Below are positions 38,143-51,814 of a stretch of 64,000 nucleotides of DNA, piece by piece. The DNA is from Lama glama. Lineage: Eukaryota. Numbering within the stretch: the first letter of the stretch is position 1; every line of letters starts with the position of its first letter. The DNA is taken from contig CM052832.1 in NCBI GenBank assembly GCA_028534125.1, positions 21,020,001-21,084,000 of the forward strand, given 5' to 3'. Made by a program: the position numbers and the translations under genes. Under the pieces are notes generated by a model that saw only the letters and a list, made by a program, of their open reading frames with translations, did no database searches and was not told the DNA's origin.

Positions 38143-40064
38143 TGGGTATGTTTTCAAATTTTCCCCCATTCTTAAAAATACCTGTCTCATTGAGGAAATT
38201 TCGGTTTTAGGAAAAAATATATACCCTTTTTGGAAACAAGGGGATAGAGACTGATTGCAGGAACTAAGAGGGAGAGGATTAACAAACATGCCTTTCAAAT
38301 TGCAGGCCTTTGGGCACCATGTCAATAAAAACAATCACATTCACCTTCCAAGACAGCCCACACCTTCTCTATAGTATGGGTGCACCTGCTCATTTACTCA
38401 GAGGTATTTAAAAAATGAACTCCTCTCATTACCTACTTGGGAAAAAAGTGGAGAGAAAGCTCATCTGAATTAGTCAAAGTTCTGAATTACAGATTTTTTT
38501 TTTAAGCAAAGCAATTTTATTATCTTCAACCTATGGGAAGCCAACAAATGGTCAGCAGAGCCTCAGGCTCCTATTTAAATGAACACAGGAGAATCGTCTA
38601 TGACGACCCTACCAAGTGCCACTGTGGAAACAGACTTCGGAAGTACTGAGGACACTCAGAACTGGTTCACCCTCTAGGATTTTTAGACACCCACCATCAC
38701 TACCCCATCTACCACAGTATCATTTAGCTGTTCATTTCAAGCACTGATAAAGGTTTACCAAGCTAACATACACTTTAGCCCAACATTTGAGGTTGACAAG
38801 TTCTATTACATTTTAACATATAGCTAACATTCTTTCCTATGAACAAACGGAAAAACTGAAAATGTTTGAAGGGAAAACAAAAGCAGATTTACAACTGATT
38901 GGTATATTTATCTAGGTCTAGACAAATAATTTGTTTGCAACCAACAACATTAATAAAAGAAAGTGGGAAAAAAAGGAGAAATTATTCCTATCATATAAGC
39001 TTAGGGGAAAGAGGAAAGCAGTAACAGAACCAAATTTCTGTCAGAAGAGTAAGTGATCAAAGACGAAGGCAAACTGGAAAACAACGACATATCAAAAAAC
39101 CCAGTAAACCCCCCCCCAAGCTTGATAATGCTTCATGTTGTAAGGTTGTCCGTTATTCAGTTCCAGTTCTTCACTTCAAACGCAGAGGAAGACAGAAGTG
39201 GCTGCAGCCTTGCCTCACTGAGTGAGAGCCCATGAGCAAATCCATCCTCTCTTTCATTCATTTTCCCTGAACATTTTCTGACAAGCACCAGAATTCATCA
39301 AGATCATTACTCCCCACCTGGATTTGGCATCCTTCAAGGAAGGGAAAAAAGCATTCCTTTTCTATCTCATGAAACAAACCAGCAGTAAAAATGAGCACCA
39401 AGAAAAGCTCTTAGAAACAGCATCTCTGGCCTGTGGATATGGGCCATTTTGTATTTTAAGGCGGCTGTGAAGGCTTCTCAGTGTTAAAGGTGGAGGGGGC
39501 AGGGATCACAAATCTCCAAAGTCCCTCCATTTCCACATCCTTGTGGCCCCAACTTGCAAGCCGTGTCAACTGTAACAGACCAGTGCTAAACCCTCTTGGT
39601 TCTGTGCGCTATGTTCACTTTCAAGTTATCGGTGGAGGCCAGGGTTGAGGGAGAAAGTCATCCAACAGAGAGATATGAAAAGAATCAAAGAATTACCAAG
39701 GGGGGAAAATGGAGGGCTAGCAGATTGCCCGTAATTATTTATTATCCCCCTAATTTTTGTCTTTATTGAAAGGAGAAAAATAAGGCATACAAGCATTTTC
39801 GGAAGCTGATTATTCTGCTTAACGAGGCATATATTAGATGTCTTTTAATTAGCCAAAGAGTAGTTATTAGTGCCTCCTGCATGCTTCTGAGAATGAGAAT
39901 CACCTCTGGAAGATGTTTCCCTACCCTTAGAGGGCTTACATTCTGCTGGAGGTAAAACCCACACTGTCCCCGTAGGTGAGGACAAGTGTTGCTAATGGTA
40001 TAAAATCTCGAAGGTCTTAGTCTAGCAAAGGTATGGGCACTTGGAGGTGAGAGCTACGCCTGTT

Positions 40065-40430
40065 GTCCTGTGTCTTCTCCACATTTCCCCAAACACAACA
40101 GGTTCTTTCTTACTTCCTATTCTTTGATCTTTCATCTTCCTAGGCTCCCCTTTGGCCTTCCTCTGTCTGGAAAAACTCTCCTCCTCCTTCAGAATGCCAG
40201 TTTAAATATCACCTCCCTATGAAGACTTCTTCAAATCCAGCCATTAGATATACCCCCTCCAGGTTCCTGTAGTAATTTTGCCCAGAAGTCCTTAACCCTG
40301 AAGTGGCATTGTGAGTCTGTCCAAGACAGATCTGTCTGAGCCCGTCAGCAGAAATGAGTTTTGTTTTGTGTGCTTCTATCACAAGATGTGATGCAATGTG
40401 TTATGCTCAATAAATGTTTGCTAAGTCTAT
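40065..40430 (+). mobile_element. L2 3' region
   Basis: ttcctctgtctggaaaaactctc...tttaaatatcacctccctatgaagacttc...gctcaataaatgtttgct. Confidence 0.8.
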
Positions 40431-40519
40431 TTTAAAACAAACCAGAAAGATGGTGTAATTCCTTTGGTCTATCTTGGCGGAGTCTTGGCATTTCTCTGGC
40501 TTACACTCTCCCTGAACCA

Positions 40520-40702
40520 CCCCCATCCATAGATCCCTGACTCAACCCCAGCATTTCTGATCTGTGGACAAAGGCAGTGGTCCCTTGGCTACACATGAGA
40601 GATTCTGGAGATTAGGTCTGGAAATCAGTGGTTTTCGTTTGCTAGTTGTTGTTTAAGAGCTGACAAGATGACTGATGAACAGTCAGGTTTGGAAGCCACT
40701 GG
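40520..40702. mobile_element. MER5-type hAT fragment
   Basis: agatccctgactcaaccccagcatttctgat...taggtctggaaatcag...caggtttggaagccactgg. Confidence 0.55.
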
Positions 40703-41546
40703 ACTTCGCATACTGTATTTTTACCAGTTCAAGAAGCCTAGCTTACCAGTTACTGCGTCTAGATATTCTATGCCCATTTCGTGATGGGTGTTTACTTCTA
40801 AGACGAGTCTAGAGCTTCTAGACTCACCATTTTACTTTCTGATTAAGCAATGAGAGGTGCAAATTCTTCCTGGTTCATTTATTTCACTTATTCAGAACAA
40901 GAATTTACTTAGCTTCATTGAAGGGCTAAATGGCTCTCGGCTTTATACGGGATTGTCCACTAACTTGATCTTGAACTCTTTCCTCAAAGGAAGACTTTTA
41001 AAGCATAGAGCAATTATGTAGGTTTCCAATTCAGGACAAAGTGGGCAGTCACTTATATTTTTAGCTCTTAAGTGGGTACTCATGACTATATGTCCGTCTT
41101 GAGTGTGGAGATTAAACACTAAATATAGAACAAGGCTCATCTATACAGTATAATTGTGGATTTTCTAAGTTTTAGGTGACAAGCCACAAGAAATGAGGGG
41201 GCTAGTCAGAGAAGTGGATTAGTTTAGCAAACATCCTATGCTTTCCCCAAAATCAGTTTTCAATAAATAAGGTTGCAACTGAGAAAATGTTACTCTTATC
41301 CCTACAAATTTATTTGATATTTCCCACAATCCTTACTTGACTATTGTTTGAGTTTTTTGGTACCCACCCGCTAACTCCCAGAAAGGACGACTATTGATCC
41401 TTTTCCATCATTGTTATGATTTCCCAAACGCCCAAGCCCTTGGGTGTGACATGCTTCTGCACCTGGAATCTCAATTAGTTTCAAGCACTATAAATAAAAG
41501 AGCAGTCATGAGTAATGGATATGAAATAAAATGGCAGAGGGACACT

Positions 41547-41968
41547 TTTTTAAGTCGCGGTATAGTTGATTTACAATATTGTGTTAGTTTCAGGTGTACA
41601 ACATAATGATTCACAATTTTTTTAGATTATGCACAATTTATAGTTTTATAATACTTCGGCTATATTCCCTGTGCTGTATGATGTATCTTTATAGCTTATT
41701 TTACACATAGTGGTTTGTACCTCAATCCCCACCCTTATCTTGCTCCTTTCCCGTTCCCTCTCCCCACTGGTAGCCACTAATTTGCTCTCTGTATCTGTGA
41801 GTCTGATTTTTTTTATATTCAGTAGTTTAACTTTTTAAGATTCCACGTATAAGTTGTATCATACAGTGTTTGTCTTTCTCTGACTGACTTCACTAAGCAC
41901 GGTACCCTCCAGGTCCATCCATGTTGTTGCAAATAGCAAATCATCATCTTTTTATGGCTGAGTGGTGC
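41547..41968 (-). mobile_element. 5'-truncated L1 3' region with perfect 15-bp target-site duplication
   Basis: gtatagttgatttacaatattgtgttagtttcaggtgtacaaca is a reverse L1 3' end; tggcagagggacact occurs at 41532-41546 and 41969-41983. Confidence 0.92.
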
Positions 41969-44900
41969 TGGCAGAGGGACACTGTTAAGGAGTGAAAACA
42001 ACGGCTTTGACTATGAAAATAAGGAGTCATAACACCGGACAGGATCTCGTTTGGTCTGCAGAGGAAAAGTGTGGTGTGTCAACTCCAGACATATCTAACG
42101 CGCAGCACTTGTTCAGCGCTCTGGGACGACATCCGGCTTTTGTTCAGGTCCATGAGCGTCTTTTAGAAAAAGACAGCACAAAGCACACACAGAGGAAGCT
42201 GCTGAAACACTGACTTCTAATTAGATCGCCAACATCACTGGAGGAAAGAGGAAAATGGATCTCTCTACTGCTTCCTTAAAACCCACTACTGCTTTATCTG
42301 AAGCCTATAAAACAAACATCCTAAATACTGCACTGGACTCGAGTTCAAAAGTTCAGCGATATCTGGAGAAACGGCAGCACCATCCCAGAGGAGAGGACGG
42401 TCCGGGAGCTGCAGATGGGAGAAGGGCCATTGGATCTCGTTCCTCCCACTCAGACCATCTGCAAAAGCTTAGGTCTGCAACCACGCTGACCCCCAGACCC
42501 AGAGTCGTTACTCAAACTGCACCTGCCCAGGATTAAGTTTCCTGCTAGTGAAGGATCGTTTCTTTCCTTTAGTCTGCAAACAGCTGTCATGTGATCAAGT
42601 GGCAAGTGAGAAGGAGCTGGGTCCCTTGCATAAGAACGAAGCAGGACACGGACCTGAGTGATTCATTTCCCTCAGAAACCTGTTCCTGAAAGACTTCTGC
42701 ATGTCTCTATCACTCCTTGTTTCAGCTCACAGATAATTAAAACCTGTCAGGGAAAGAGCTCTAACCTGGAAAACAGACTATTTCTATGACTCATTAGAGC
42801 TCCCAAGAATGAATGAGACTCATTGTCTTTCTCTTTTCCCTTTGACCCCAAAGGCCACTAAATCTGTGGTTTCTAACCTTACTAAAACGAGGGAAAACTG
42901 AAACATAATGTGGCATCTTGCTATAAGGAGAGCTACAATTGTGTGGCAGAAATGAGTTACATCTGCTCTCTGGGCATTTTGCTAATCCAAGTAACAAATC
43001 CACAGCATGCATACAATTAACTTGGACAGCCCTTTCATCAGTGACAGAGAAAACTTAGATGCACTTCCACTATAAAAGAGAAGGGCTTCTAGGGGAGGAG
43101 GCTGAATCTATACAACACTTGTACATGGTATCAGAAGATTCTACCTAAGAGTACATCGACAAAGGAGTATATTATTAAAGGGTTATCCACCAACGAAGTT
43201 AATTACAAGAAAGAATAAGATGATTTGAACCAAAATTTCTCATGATAAAGACTCTTGGCCTTCCCTCAAAAGGACATTTTTAAAAAATCATAAAGAGCTG
43301 TATTTATACAAAATGCTCCCCAAGCATTAATTGAAACACAGCATGCCTCCTTCGATTAGAGTCAACCAGGAGGGATGGAGGACTGTCCAACCTTCCCAGA
43401 CCCCCAGGGTCACAAATCAATGCAGGGATCAAAGAGTGGCTGGGGCAGTGGCTTTCCTCCAGAGAATTCCACTCCTGTGTAGCAAGAATGCTATTGGATT
43501 TTACACACATACATACACAGACACACACACAGAGCCTGGACGTGCCACAAGTGTGATCCTCCAGCTGAAACACACCATGCAATGAGAAGAGCATGCATGA
43601 AGTGAAAAAGCAGGCTGGTTTAGGTTTAACTGCAGGGTTATCAGACATAGAGAAACCAAATTAGGATTTCAGAAAATTTTAAAAAGCACATTTCATCACC
43701 CATCCACATCCCTCCCGTACCCAGAAGTGTCAGTGCTGGATCTGAGCGTCCTAGGATGTTGAAAGACGGACAGGAAGAAACTCCCATCTACTGCATTAGC
43801 ACCTCAAGTGGGCAAATGTCGGCTGTGGGTGCCCAGGTGTTCAAAAGCGCCTGCCTTACTTATAAGCAGTAAGATAAGACGGGCTGAACACTTGTGGCTG
43901 ATTGCCCCAGCTCCTCAAGGGAAGGCCAGAATGACTCTGAGCACATAAGAAATGCATTCTTTCAGAATGCTCTCAAGTGCCTCATTTTAGATTACAAAAT
44001 GGATTTTAAACATTTCAGCTTTGAAAAAGGAAGAAAGAAAGAAAAAGAAAACAGGCAGATCAGTTTATTTTCTGAGCACAGTATTAATGACAAGATGACA
44101 TCACCAGCAGCCAATCAGAAAGCTCTCTGGTATCGGGTGTTCTAACACCATTTCATATTTATGGGTAAGCACCAGAAGGGTGTCAACCCTAAGCTGCATT
44201 TCCCTCCCTACTCACTTCTAAATAAAGTGCCTGCTTTCATTCAGCAGCCAAACTGCCAAAAAAAAAAAAAAAAAAACCCACCTTCAGTGTCTCTTCCTCC
44301 TCACCCCAGCCTGTTTTCTGACAATCCCGAAACAATAAGTGGAAGGCAGGGAAGGTGCCTGGGACCTTGTGTCACCGCTTCCTGCAGAGCTGCTAAACAC
44401 ACTCTGGGGCTTCAGAGCAGCCCTTCACCAACAAACCAAAGCCAACGCTTCATCTGCAAAACCCCTAAGAGCAGGAAGGAGAGACTGCACGCACACGACA
44501 GGGTCAAGGCTCTCTATACTCAAGAAGTGAATGCAAACATTTTCCCCTCCTGTTCTTTTTTTTGTTTTTTTTTTTTTTTAACTATATCTACTCCCACTAC
44601 TTCCTCCCCCTCTAAAGCAATTTTGAAGGAAGGAGTGAGAAAAGTTAACCCTGCAATGCTTAATCCAAGGCCGGCCCAGGCAGAAGCAGTTCAGGAGTTA
44701 GGCTTCCCACTTCCCCAGACTGATGGAGGCCAAGTGTCTTCAAGGGGTCCCAGGAACAGAGCAATGGGATGAAACCAGCACATCTATGATGCTGACACTG
44801 CTCTCAAAGCTGGTGCCGATTGCTGAGGGGCTCTGAGGCACTGTGTCCAGAACAGGAGCAGTGCCCGAAGTCGTCTTCAGTCTAAAATCAATCTCAACGG

Positions 44901-46424
44901 AAACTGATAACGTAATTCAAATTCGAGGCAGCACAGCGAAGACGTTTATGACATCCGTGAAAAAATCCCTGCCCTAGACAAGTGCAACATGCTCACACTT
45001 CTCCCCAAACCTCGCCTGAAGATGAATATAGCCTGCTTCCCTTTCTACACTCCTAGCCATCTGATGTTGTATCAGGATAGCTGGATCCAGCCCAAAACCA
45101 GAATTATAACATGTAATAAAGATGCCTGGCCATGCCGCGAAGATGACAGAATTTGGCATGCTGGCCTGGAGCCAGAGTGACAGATCTTGAGCTGATGTTT
45201 CTTTCCAACAGATTTAATAATGTACAAGGAGAATAAAAATTAATCTGCTCAGAGTAAATTCAGTGTCTACAAGCTTCTTTCAATTTGCCTCTGATGAGCC
45301 CCACCCTGTACTTTCCTAGATGCCAAAAACATGCAAATAAAGTGATATAGCTGTCCCTTTTCCTAATTAATTTGGCCAAAGGTAAACTAAGTAGATTCAA
45401 AGGGAGAAGAGGAATTAGGGTCCTGACTATTCAGGAGCTATGTAATCAGAATCATCTAACTTTTCATATGCACCTACATAAGCTGAAGTAGAGAAGATTC
45501 TCCCTGCCAGATCTCAAAGCTTATGTATTTTATGCACAACCCACATACCCTCTTCCCCTTGCAGAGTCCGCATACAAATCACAAGGCTCACAACGTAAGG
45601 AAAAGACAGTTGTGTGTGAAGTGAAGAAGAAAGGAATCTGATCCAGACCTCTAAATCCTTAGGTCATCCAGGGCCTAGGAGAATGGGAAGAAAAAAATGA
45701 AAAGTTTTAGATGCCTTATTTAAAAAAAAAAAACAAACACACAAGATAGGAAAAAGAAAAAAGTTCCTTCTGTCCCATATGCTAAGCAATGGGTGTTGTC
45801 ATTTTGAAAGTTATAAAAAAATCACCAGGACAAAAATCAAAAGCAAGACACGAAAATCTGAGCACTCAACGATAAAGAAACAAATTGGCAGGCAATATGC
45901 TGGTATCATAAATCCAAAAATAAATATTTAAGTGTTTCTAAAGGGCATTCTTCCCAGTGCCCTTTCCAAAACCTACCTATTAGAAAGCCTTGTTATTACT
46001 CTCTCATCTTGGTGCTCCATGGTAGTTGGCAGAAGAGAAAACTAATTTGGATCATCCAAAAATCAGTTACATTTGGTTTTAGTTTTATTATATGAGAGTG
46101 GTTATGTTGGCAACAAATTTCCCTCCCTAATTAAGTTTAGTTTAGATTTTTAAATTTTATATTCCCTCAGTACAAGCCAACTAACGACTGCAGACAGTGG
46201 CCGGCTGGTGACAGGAAAAAGCCAATTGTGGATTTTTGTCCTAAATTGTCTTAAGTTATCCACATGTAGCTAATCATGGTGACAGAATTGGCCTCAACTC
46301 AGCGTGCAAGAGCTGGTAAGCATCTTGAGGCCTAGATGTGCCAGTGACATCGTGGGTTCAAGCAACGGTGTGACCAGATGTGTCCAGGTCTGAGAGGTGG
46401 TGAGGCACCAAAAATCTGTATTTC

Positions 46425-46519
46425 GATGAATATATGTGTATGTATATGCTTGACTGGGACATTGTGCTGTACACCAGAAATTTAGACATTGTAACTGACT
46501 GTACTTCAATTTAAAAAAA
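46425..46519 (+). mobile_element. Short L1 3' tail (camelid-like)
   Basis: gtatatgcttgactgggacattgtgctgtacaccagaaatttagacattgtaactgactgtacttcaatttaaaaaaa. Confidence 0.85.
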
Positions 46520-48946
46520 TACATATGTAGTTCCATCATTATAATCATGTCACCTTCCTTAATATTCCATGCTCATAACCCGATCCTTCCTCCAGTTCGT
46601 CAAAGGTAAAGCTGTTGTACGTCTTAGGATCTCTAACTCCAATCCAACATACGTATTCACAATTCACACACCCTTATTAAAGTCAGAAATGGCCTGTTGA
46701 ATCGGACCCCAACTGGGATTCCAGAGGCTACACACATAGACTCCATCCTAAGTCTTAAGAAACCTGGAGAAGAACTGCCCAATAATCTGATTCAATAGAC
46801 ACAGGGGAACCCAGGCCAATATTCCTATTTATAACAAGTACAAGAAGCCTTCATGTATGTTTAGCTGTCACACTATCTACTTCCTCTGACATCTTTATTA
46901 TGAATTCTTTCCTCAATATTCCCAAGCAGATGGCATGTAAGTTCTCATGAGGTGTTATTTTTTAACTCTTCATCTCACTCTAAACTTTTTGTCGTTTTTC
47001 AAATCCATCCAATTTTATATTTTTTCTTTGATTCCTTTGTGGAAAGAAGCTGCATCATGTCTGCTTCTGAATGGCTGAGAGAAAATTTAGGAAAAGAAAT
47101 GTATGTAGGAGGGGTATTCCCAAAATACGGGAAAAAATGCAGTAAACAACCATCATCATTTTCTTTTCCCTCCCTGACCCCAAGTACAATTTCCTTTCGT
47201 CCCCAACACTGGGAGAGGATTACTGTTTGGGGCAAATCAAATACAGGTGTTATTTTCAATGTGCATTTGACGTATACCACAGAAATGAAGATAGGTCTGA
47301 GATTTTAGGAAAGGAATTTTAAATCTCAGGTAAAACACGCACTTTTTTAGATGCTTGGCCATTGCTGCAGGTAGGGTGGCAGTAGGAGAGACATATTTAA
47401 GTTGCTATGAATCACTTCTTATACACAACACATGATGAGCTGTCTTCTCTAAACATAAAAATGACCAACTGAAATTTGTCATTTTATAACAGAGTAAAGC
47501 CAAGGCCAAAGAACAGAAAGATTTTATGGATAAAATACCACTAAAGCATCACCTTCTGTTTCTAGGAAGACTGCTCCAGTTTGACAAGAGGCACAATTCT
47601 ATGCCCTGTTCCTTGGGTAAGCAATGGAAACTCGATCCATGTGCAAAGCCAGCAGGGCAGACATTTATGGGCCTTGCCATTTATCCAGCATTCTGTCTCC
47701 CAAAACAGGAAGTGACTCACACCTGAGAAACTACTTCATCATTTTCAAAGGAAAAAGACAGAACTCCGAGTTAACATTTATTCTGTAACAATATACTCCA
47801 AGTTAACCAAACTGTTCAATCTGTTTATAATGACCTAAATCAGTTCTTACAAACATTTCATCTTGCTTTATATGATTCGGTCTCCCTCTAAAAATAAGGT
47901 CTCATACTGGGAGCGCAGATTCATAGTCACATTCTCTTACATTTGCAGTTAACAGGCTGTGTCAGTATAATGTTTATATTATCAATGCTACATAGTTGAG
48001 ATTTTAAAAGCATAGTTTTATCAGCATTATGTGTCATGGTTTCCATACACAGGAGAAAGAAAATGAATGAGTATGGAAAAGGACCAGGTGTGGTAAGGGT
48101 AGGATTATTAAGCCCATTTCTAAACACGCATACAGGAGTCCATAGTAAGTTCAGTGTCTTAAAGCAATCCTCCAAATTTCCCTATTTACTGGGTTTAGTT
48201 CTTAACTTTTATCTAATTACAATTAAGCCACTGGATTTGGAGAGAAGGCCTGGATATGAATTACATAAAAACATACAACAATTACTAAGATACTTATTTC
48301 TCCAGACATGTAATTCCAGGAATCTAAGGGGCCTACCCCAGGCATGTATAGTACTTAGCTATCTGGTACAAAGCAAGATGTTTATGCTTGGATTTACCTT
48401 CTAAATTATTGAGAGGGGGGAAATGACCACAGATTACACTCAGAGGCCTGGCTAATCCTTGCCTGCAAATTACACCATATAATAAACAGCTAGATAGATA
48501 ACTGCACACATAATTCCTCAGATCATTTGCCTCTTCTAGACACCTGAAAATTCAGATACATCCTCCTCTATATAATCAAAGAATTTTACATTATATTAAT
48601 AGTTATTATCCCTTGAGTATTCATGACACTTTTCTTAGAACTGGGGCCACACTGAGTAGTAGAGAAACGCACACTGGAGAGAAGATGAATGCTCATTAAT
48701 GACATCTTCAGGCCTACTCCGTCGGGCTATGCAAGTTCTGCCCTCCACAACTATGCTTTAAGCAAAGAGGTGAGCGGGGACACACTGTCAGTCCTCATTG
48801 CTCGCCAACCACACATGCCCTGGCACCAGAAGGGACATCTTTTTCTCATTTATTAAAGTTTTCCATAACCCTGTAACCTCAACAGCCTGACTGGGTAGGT
48901 TTTTTAGTTGCAGAGGTATCTGGAGTCAGATTATAAACATACCTAC

Positions 48947-49325
48947 TGTTTGGAAAAAAAAAAAAAGCCCAAAATGGAGTCACTTATGCTAAGCCCCTCA
49001 ATCACCATAATAAAGCTTAATTTATAGTTTCGGCTCTCCCATAAACGGAATCTTCAGCCATTCAATCAGGACGCACCTGATCAGCACACATTCTGTACCC
49101 TGCCTGATAGACCTCAGCCACCCCCCCCTAGAGAAGAGTAGTCACGCAATAATCCACTTTTTTGCCTGGTAGAACTTCCTTGTTCCTGCTCCTTTCTAAC
49201 TGTAAGTCTTTCATTGCGTACAGCTCCTCAGAGCTCCTTTCTCACTGCTCGATTGGATGCTGCCCAAGTAGAATCAATTTTTGCTCAAACGTCTTAATTT
49301 TAATATGCCTGTTTACTTGTTAATA
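48947..49325 (+). mobile_element. ERV1-type solo LTR
   Basis: TG start; gcccaaaatggagtcacttatgctaag U3-like motif; 3' gctgccc...gaatcaatttttgctcaaa...ttaata resembles an ERV1 R/U5 end. Confidence 0.7.
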
Positions 49326-49372
49326 TATACATGTATTTGTGTATATATGTATACATATAAATATATATGTAC
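49326..49372. repeat. Degenerate (TA/TG)n simple repeat
   Basis: tatacatgtatttgtgtatatatgtatacatataaatatatatgtac. Confidence 0.7.
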
Positions 49373-49949
49373 ATCATTTCAATAATTGAGTCCACCCATT
49401 CAAATTTTGTAATGAATATATGTGATAACATGGAGCTCGGCACCTAGTACTTAGCAGTGCATGTGCAGACAGATCCCAGGTCTAAGTCATCTAAAGGAAG
49501 AGCAAAGAGCAGATCCACCAAGAAAAGGAGATGCAGATGAAAAGAAGGAGATGAGTCAGTACAAGGCAAAGAGAAGGAAAATGGAATCAATGTCTATGGG
49601 CCACACAGTAGAGGGAGGATAAGACTGGCAGGACTTGACCCACAAAGTTTATCTTGAGCTTTCCTTTCATTCATTAACCCCTGGGCTAAGTCACCTGGGT
49701 GATTTAAACATGGAGCGCTAAGAGGCCGAAGTTACAGGTTCAACCATATGTGAGTCACACTGCTTCTGTTCCAGGGGCACAGATTTTGTGCTGCACTCAA
49801 ATTAGCAGCTTGCATATGCTTCTCACTCATCATAACGGGGGCCAGAGCATGAGGGTGTAGCCACAGAAATCCATCATCATTACTGTAAGAAACGTCTCTC
49901 TCAAGGTATCTGCCCTCTCCACAGCAGTCCTTCAAGATCAAGTTTACCT

Positions 49950-49964
49950 GGAAGTGAAACCACA
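49950..49964 (+). promoter_or_regulatory. ETS-IRF composite element overlapping a RUNX site
   Basis: GGAAGTGAAAC (GGAAnnGAAA) fused to AACCACA. Confidence 0.45.
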
Positions 49965-51529
49965 TTCTCAAATCAAGATAGTCCCAGCTCTACGGCAGCC
50001 AAGGGGACATGGCGCCCTCATCCACATGTGTCATTGCTCCGGTTCCTAGGTTGAGGGAGGAAGGGCTCTGCCTGAGGTCCTGAGCATTAGTGTATTTCTA
50101 CTGAGTTTTGAGTCACAAGCAGTTTTCTTGCCCCACGGGATAGTTAAACAAACCTTGAAAATTATACTAAAATTGAGAAGAAAATGTTTTCAGTTGTTCA
50201 AACAGACACCCTTCAAAATTAAAAATCACTCACATTTGTAGTCTTTTCCCCAAACTCCTGAAGTGACTGGTTTACGTTACAGACTAATGTCTCTGCAGTA
50301 TTAAGTAAACCAAACAGTTTGGGTATTATAACAATAATCACTAGCTTTGTTTCTTTATTAGTGGCTTTATAGAGAAATTACTTTTTTTTTTAATGAAAAA
50401 GTTTGCTTCAGGCTCTAGCCTTACATACCAAGCTTCGGTTTGTGGTAAAACTTAACAGCCTTGTTATAAACCCTTGAATGTTGGGAATTATGACGATGGA
50501 AATGCTGACACACATTAGCCGCAGCTGGCACTGCAAAAGGGCTTTTAAATGTGTTGACTCTCCCCTGTGAAGTCAGTCTCCTAGCCTACGACTTCGTGAT
50601 TTTAAACCGTAAAAGTGAAACCCGCCAGCAGTGAAAATCAGGGTAAGGGCTGGAGACCCTGGACTTCTAGCTCAGGGCATCCAGTGTTGACTAAGAAACA
50701 TGTGAAAAATACTTGTCCAATCTGTTACTCAATTACCAGAAGGAGAGAAATACAGATTTCACATGAGGTCTAACTTTACCATTGCCACTTTTCATAATGG
50801 TAAAGAGAAAGGAGGACAACACAAAAAGGTGTGATTTTTGAAATGCAGAAGTCAAGAGCTAAACAAAGTCTACTTGATTAATTTTACATCTTACTTGCAA
50901 GTTCCAATGTCAATGAGTCAAAGAAAGGAACTGCATGAGAAGTGACTATCTAGGTGATAAAGCTAGAATCTCCTTACTGAAGATACCTCAACCCAAACTG
51001 GGATCATTACACACACTCTAGCCTTTGATTTATTAAGGCGAAAGAAAATTCAAAGGCAGGTAAAAAAAATTTTTTAAACCAACTGGTCGGGGTGAGGGGT
51101 GGGCAGGGGTCTTAACAATCAATAGGTCTCATAGCTGCCATTTCTATAAACTGCCCTGATTTTGTATACTGGCCACGGTTTTCAGTATAACCTTCCTTCC
51201 TGTGTCACAAACCATGTCACTAGTCTCTTTCAGGAGCACCTTTGGTCCCCAGGCTGGACCAGGCAGCCAGACCAAGAGGCATGTTGTGTATCAGAAGGTT
51301 CACGGATCTCCCACACTGAAGTCCAATTAAGCTTATTCAGCAAAGATGGAACGATATTCCCTTTGATTTTTCAACTCATTTTGTCCTCAATAATCAAAAC
51401 CACCATGCCTAAAAGGAGTTTTGAATATTCTGGGAGTAAGATTTGCATAGAAACAGTGCCCACATATATATACTTAAAGGAAAGTTCTGTACACTCCCTA
51501 GGCGACAAGCTCTGCCACTAAAACAGCTT

Positions 51530-51813
51530 CAGCTATTTTTAGGTTAAGGAACCTCCAAAATTGTCCTCCATAGGCTGCACCAATTTACATTCCCACCAAC
51601 AGTGTAGGAGGGTTCCTTTTTCCCCACAACCTCTCCAGGATTTATTATTTGTAGACTTTTCAATGATGGCCATTCTGGCTGGTATAAGGTGATATCTCAT
51701 TGTAGTTTTGATTCGCATTTCTCTAATAATTAGTGATACTGAGCATCTTTTCACGTGCCTATTGGCCCCCTGGATGTCATCGCTGGAGAAATGTCTGTCT
51801 AGGTCTTCTGCCG
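51530..51813 (-). mobile_element. L1 ORF2 C-terminal fragment
   Basis: Translation [31 protein letters not shown]...[21 protein letters not shown] is the L1 ORF2p Cys-rich region. Confidence 0.95.
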
Positions 51814-51814
51814 A

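Noticed and set aside
40805..40825. Hairpin GAGTCTAGA-gct-TCTAGACTC
   Set aside because: A 9-bp stem can occur by chance in 64 kb and is far too short for a pre-miRNA.
44161..44772. Longest ORF (203 aa)
   Set aside because: It runs through a 20-nt A run and long T runs (poly-K, poly-F), has no recognisable domain and no convincing exon structure, so it is likely a chance ORF.
51539..51754. Cys/His-containing protein-like ORF
   Set aside because: It is a decayed L1 ORF2 fragment, not a host gene. The same applies to 62143-62361 and 37832-38020.
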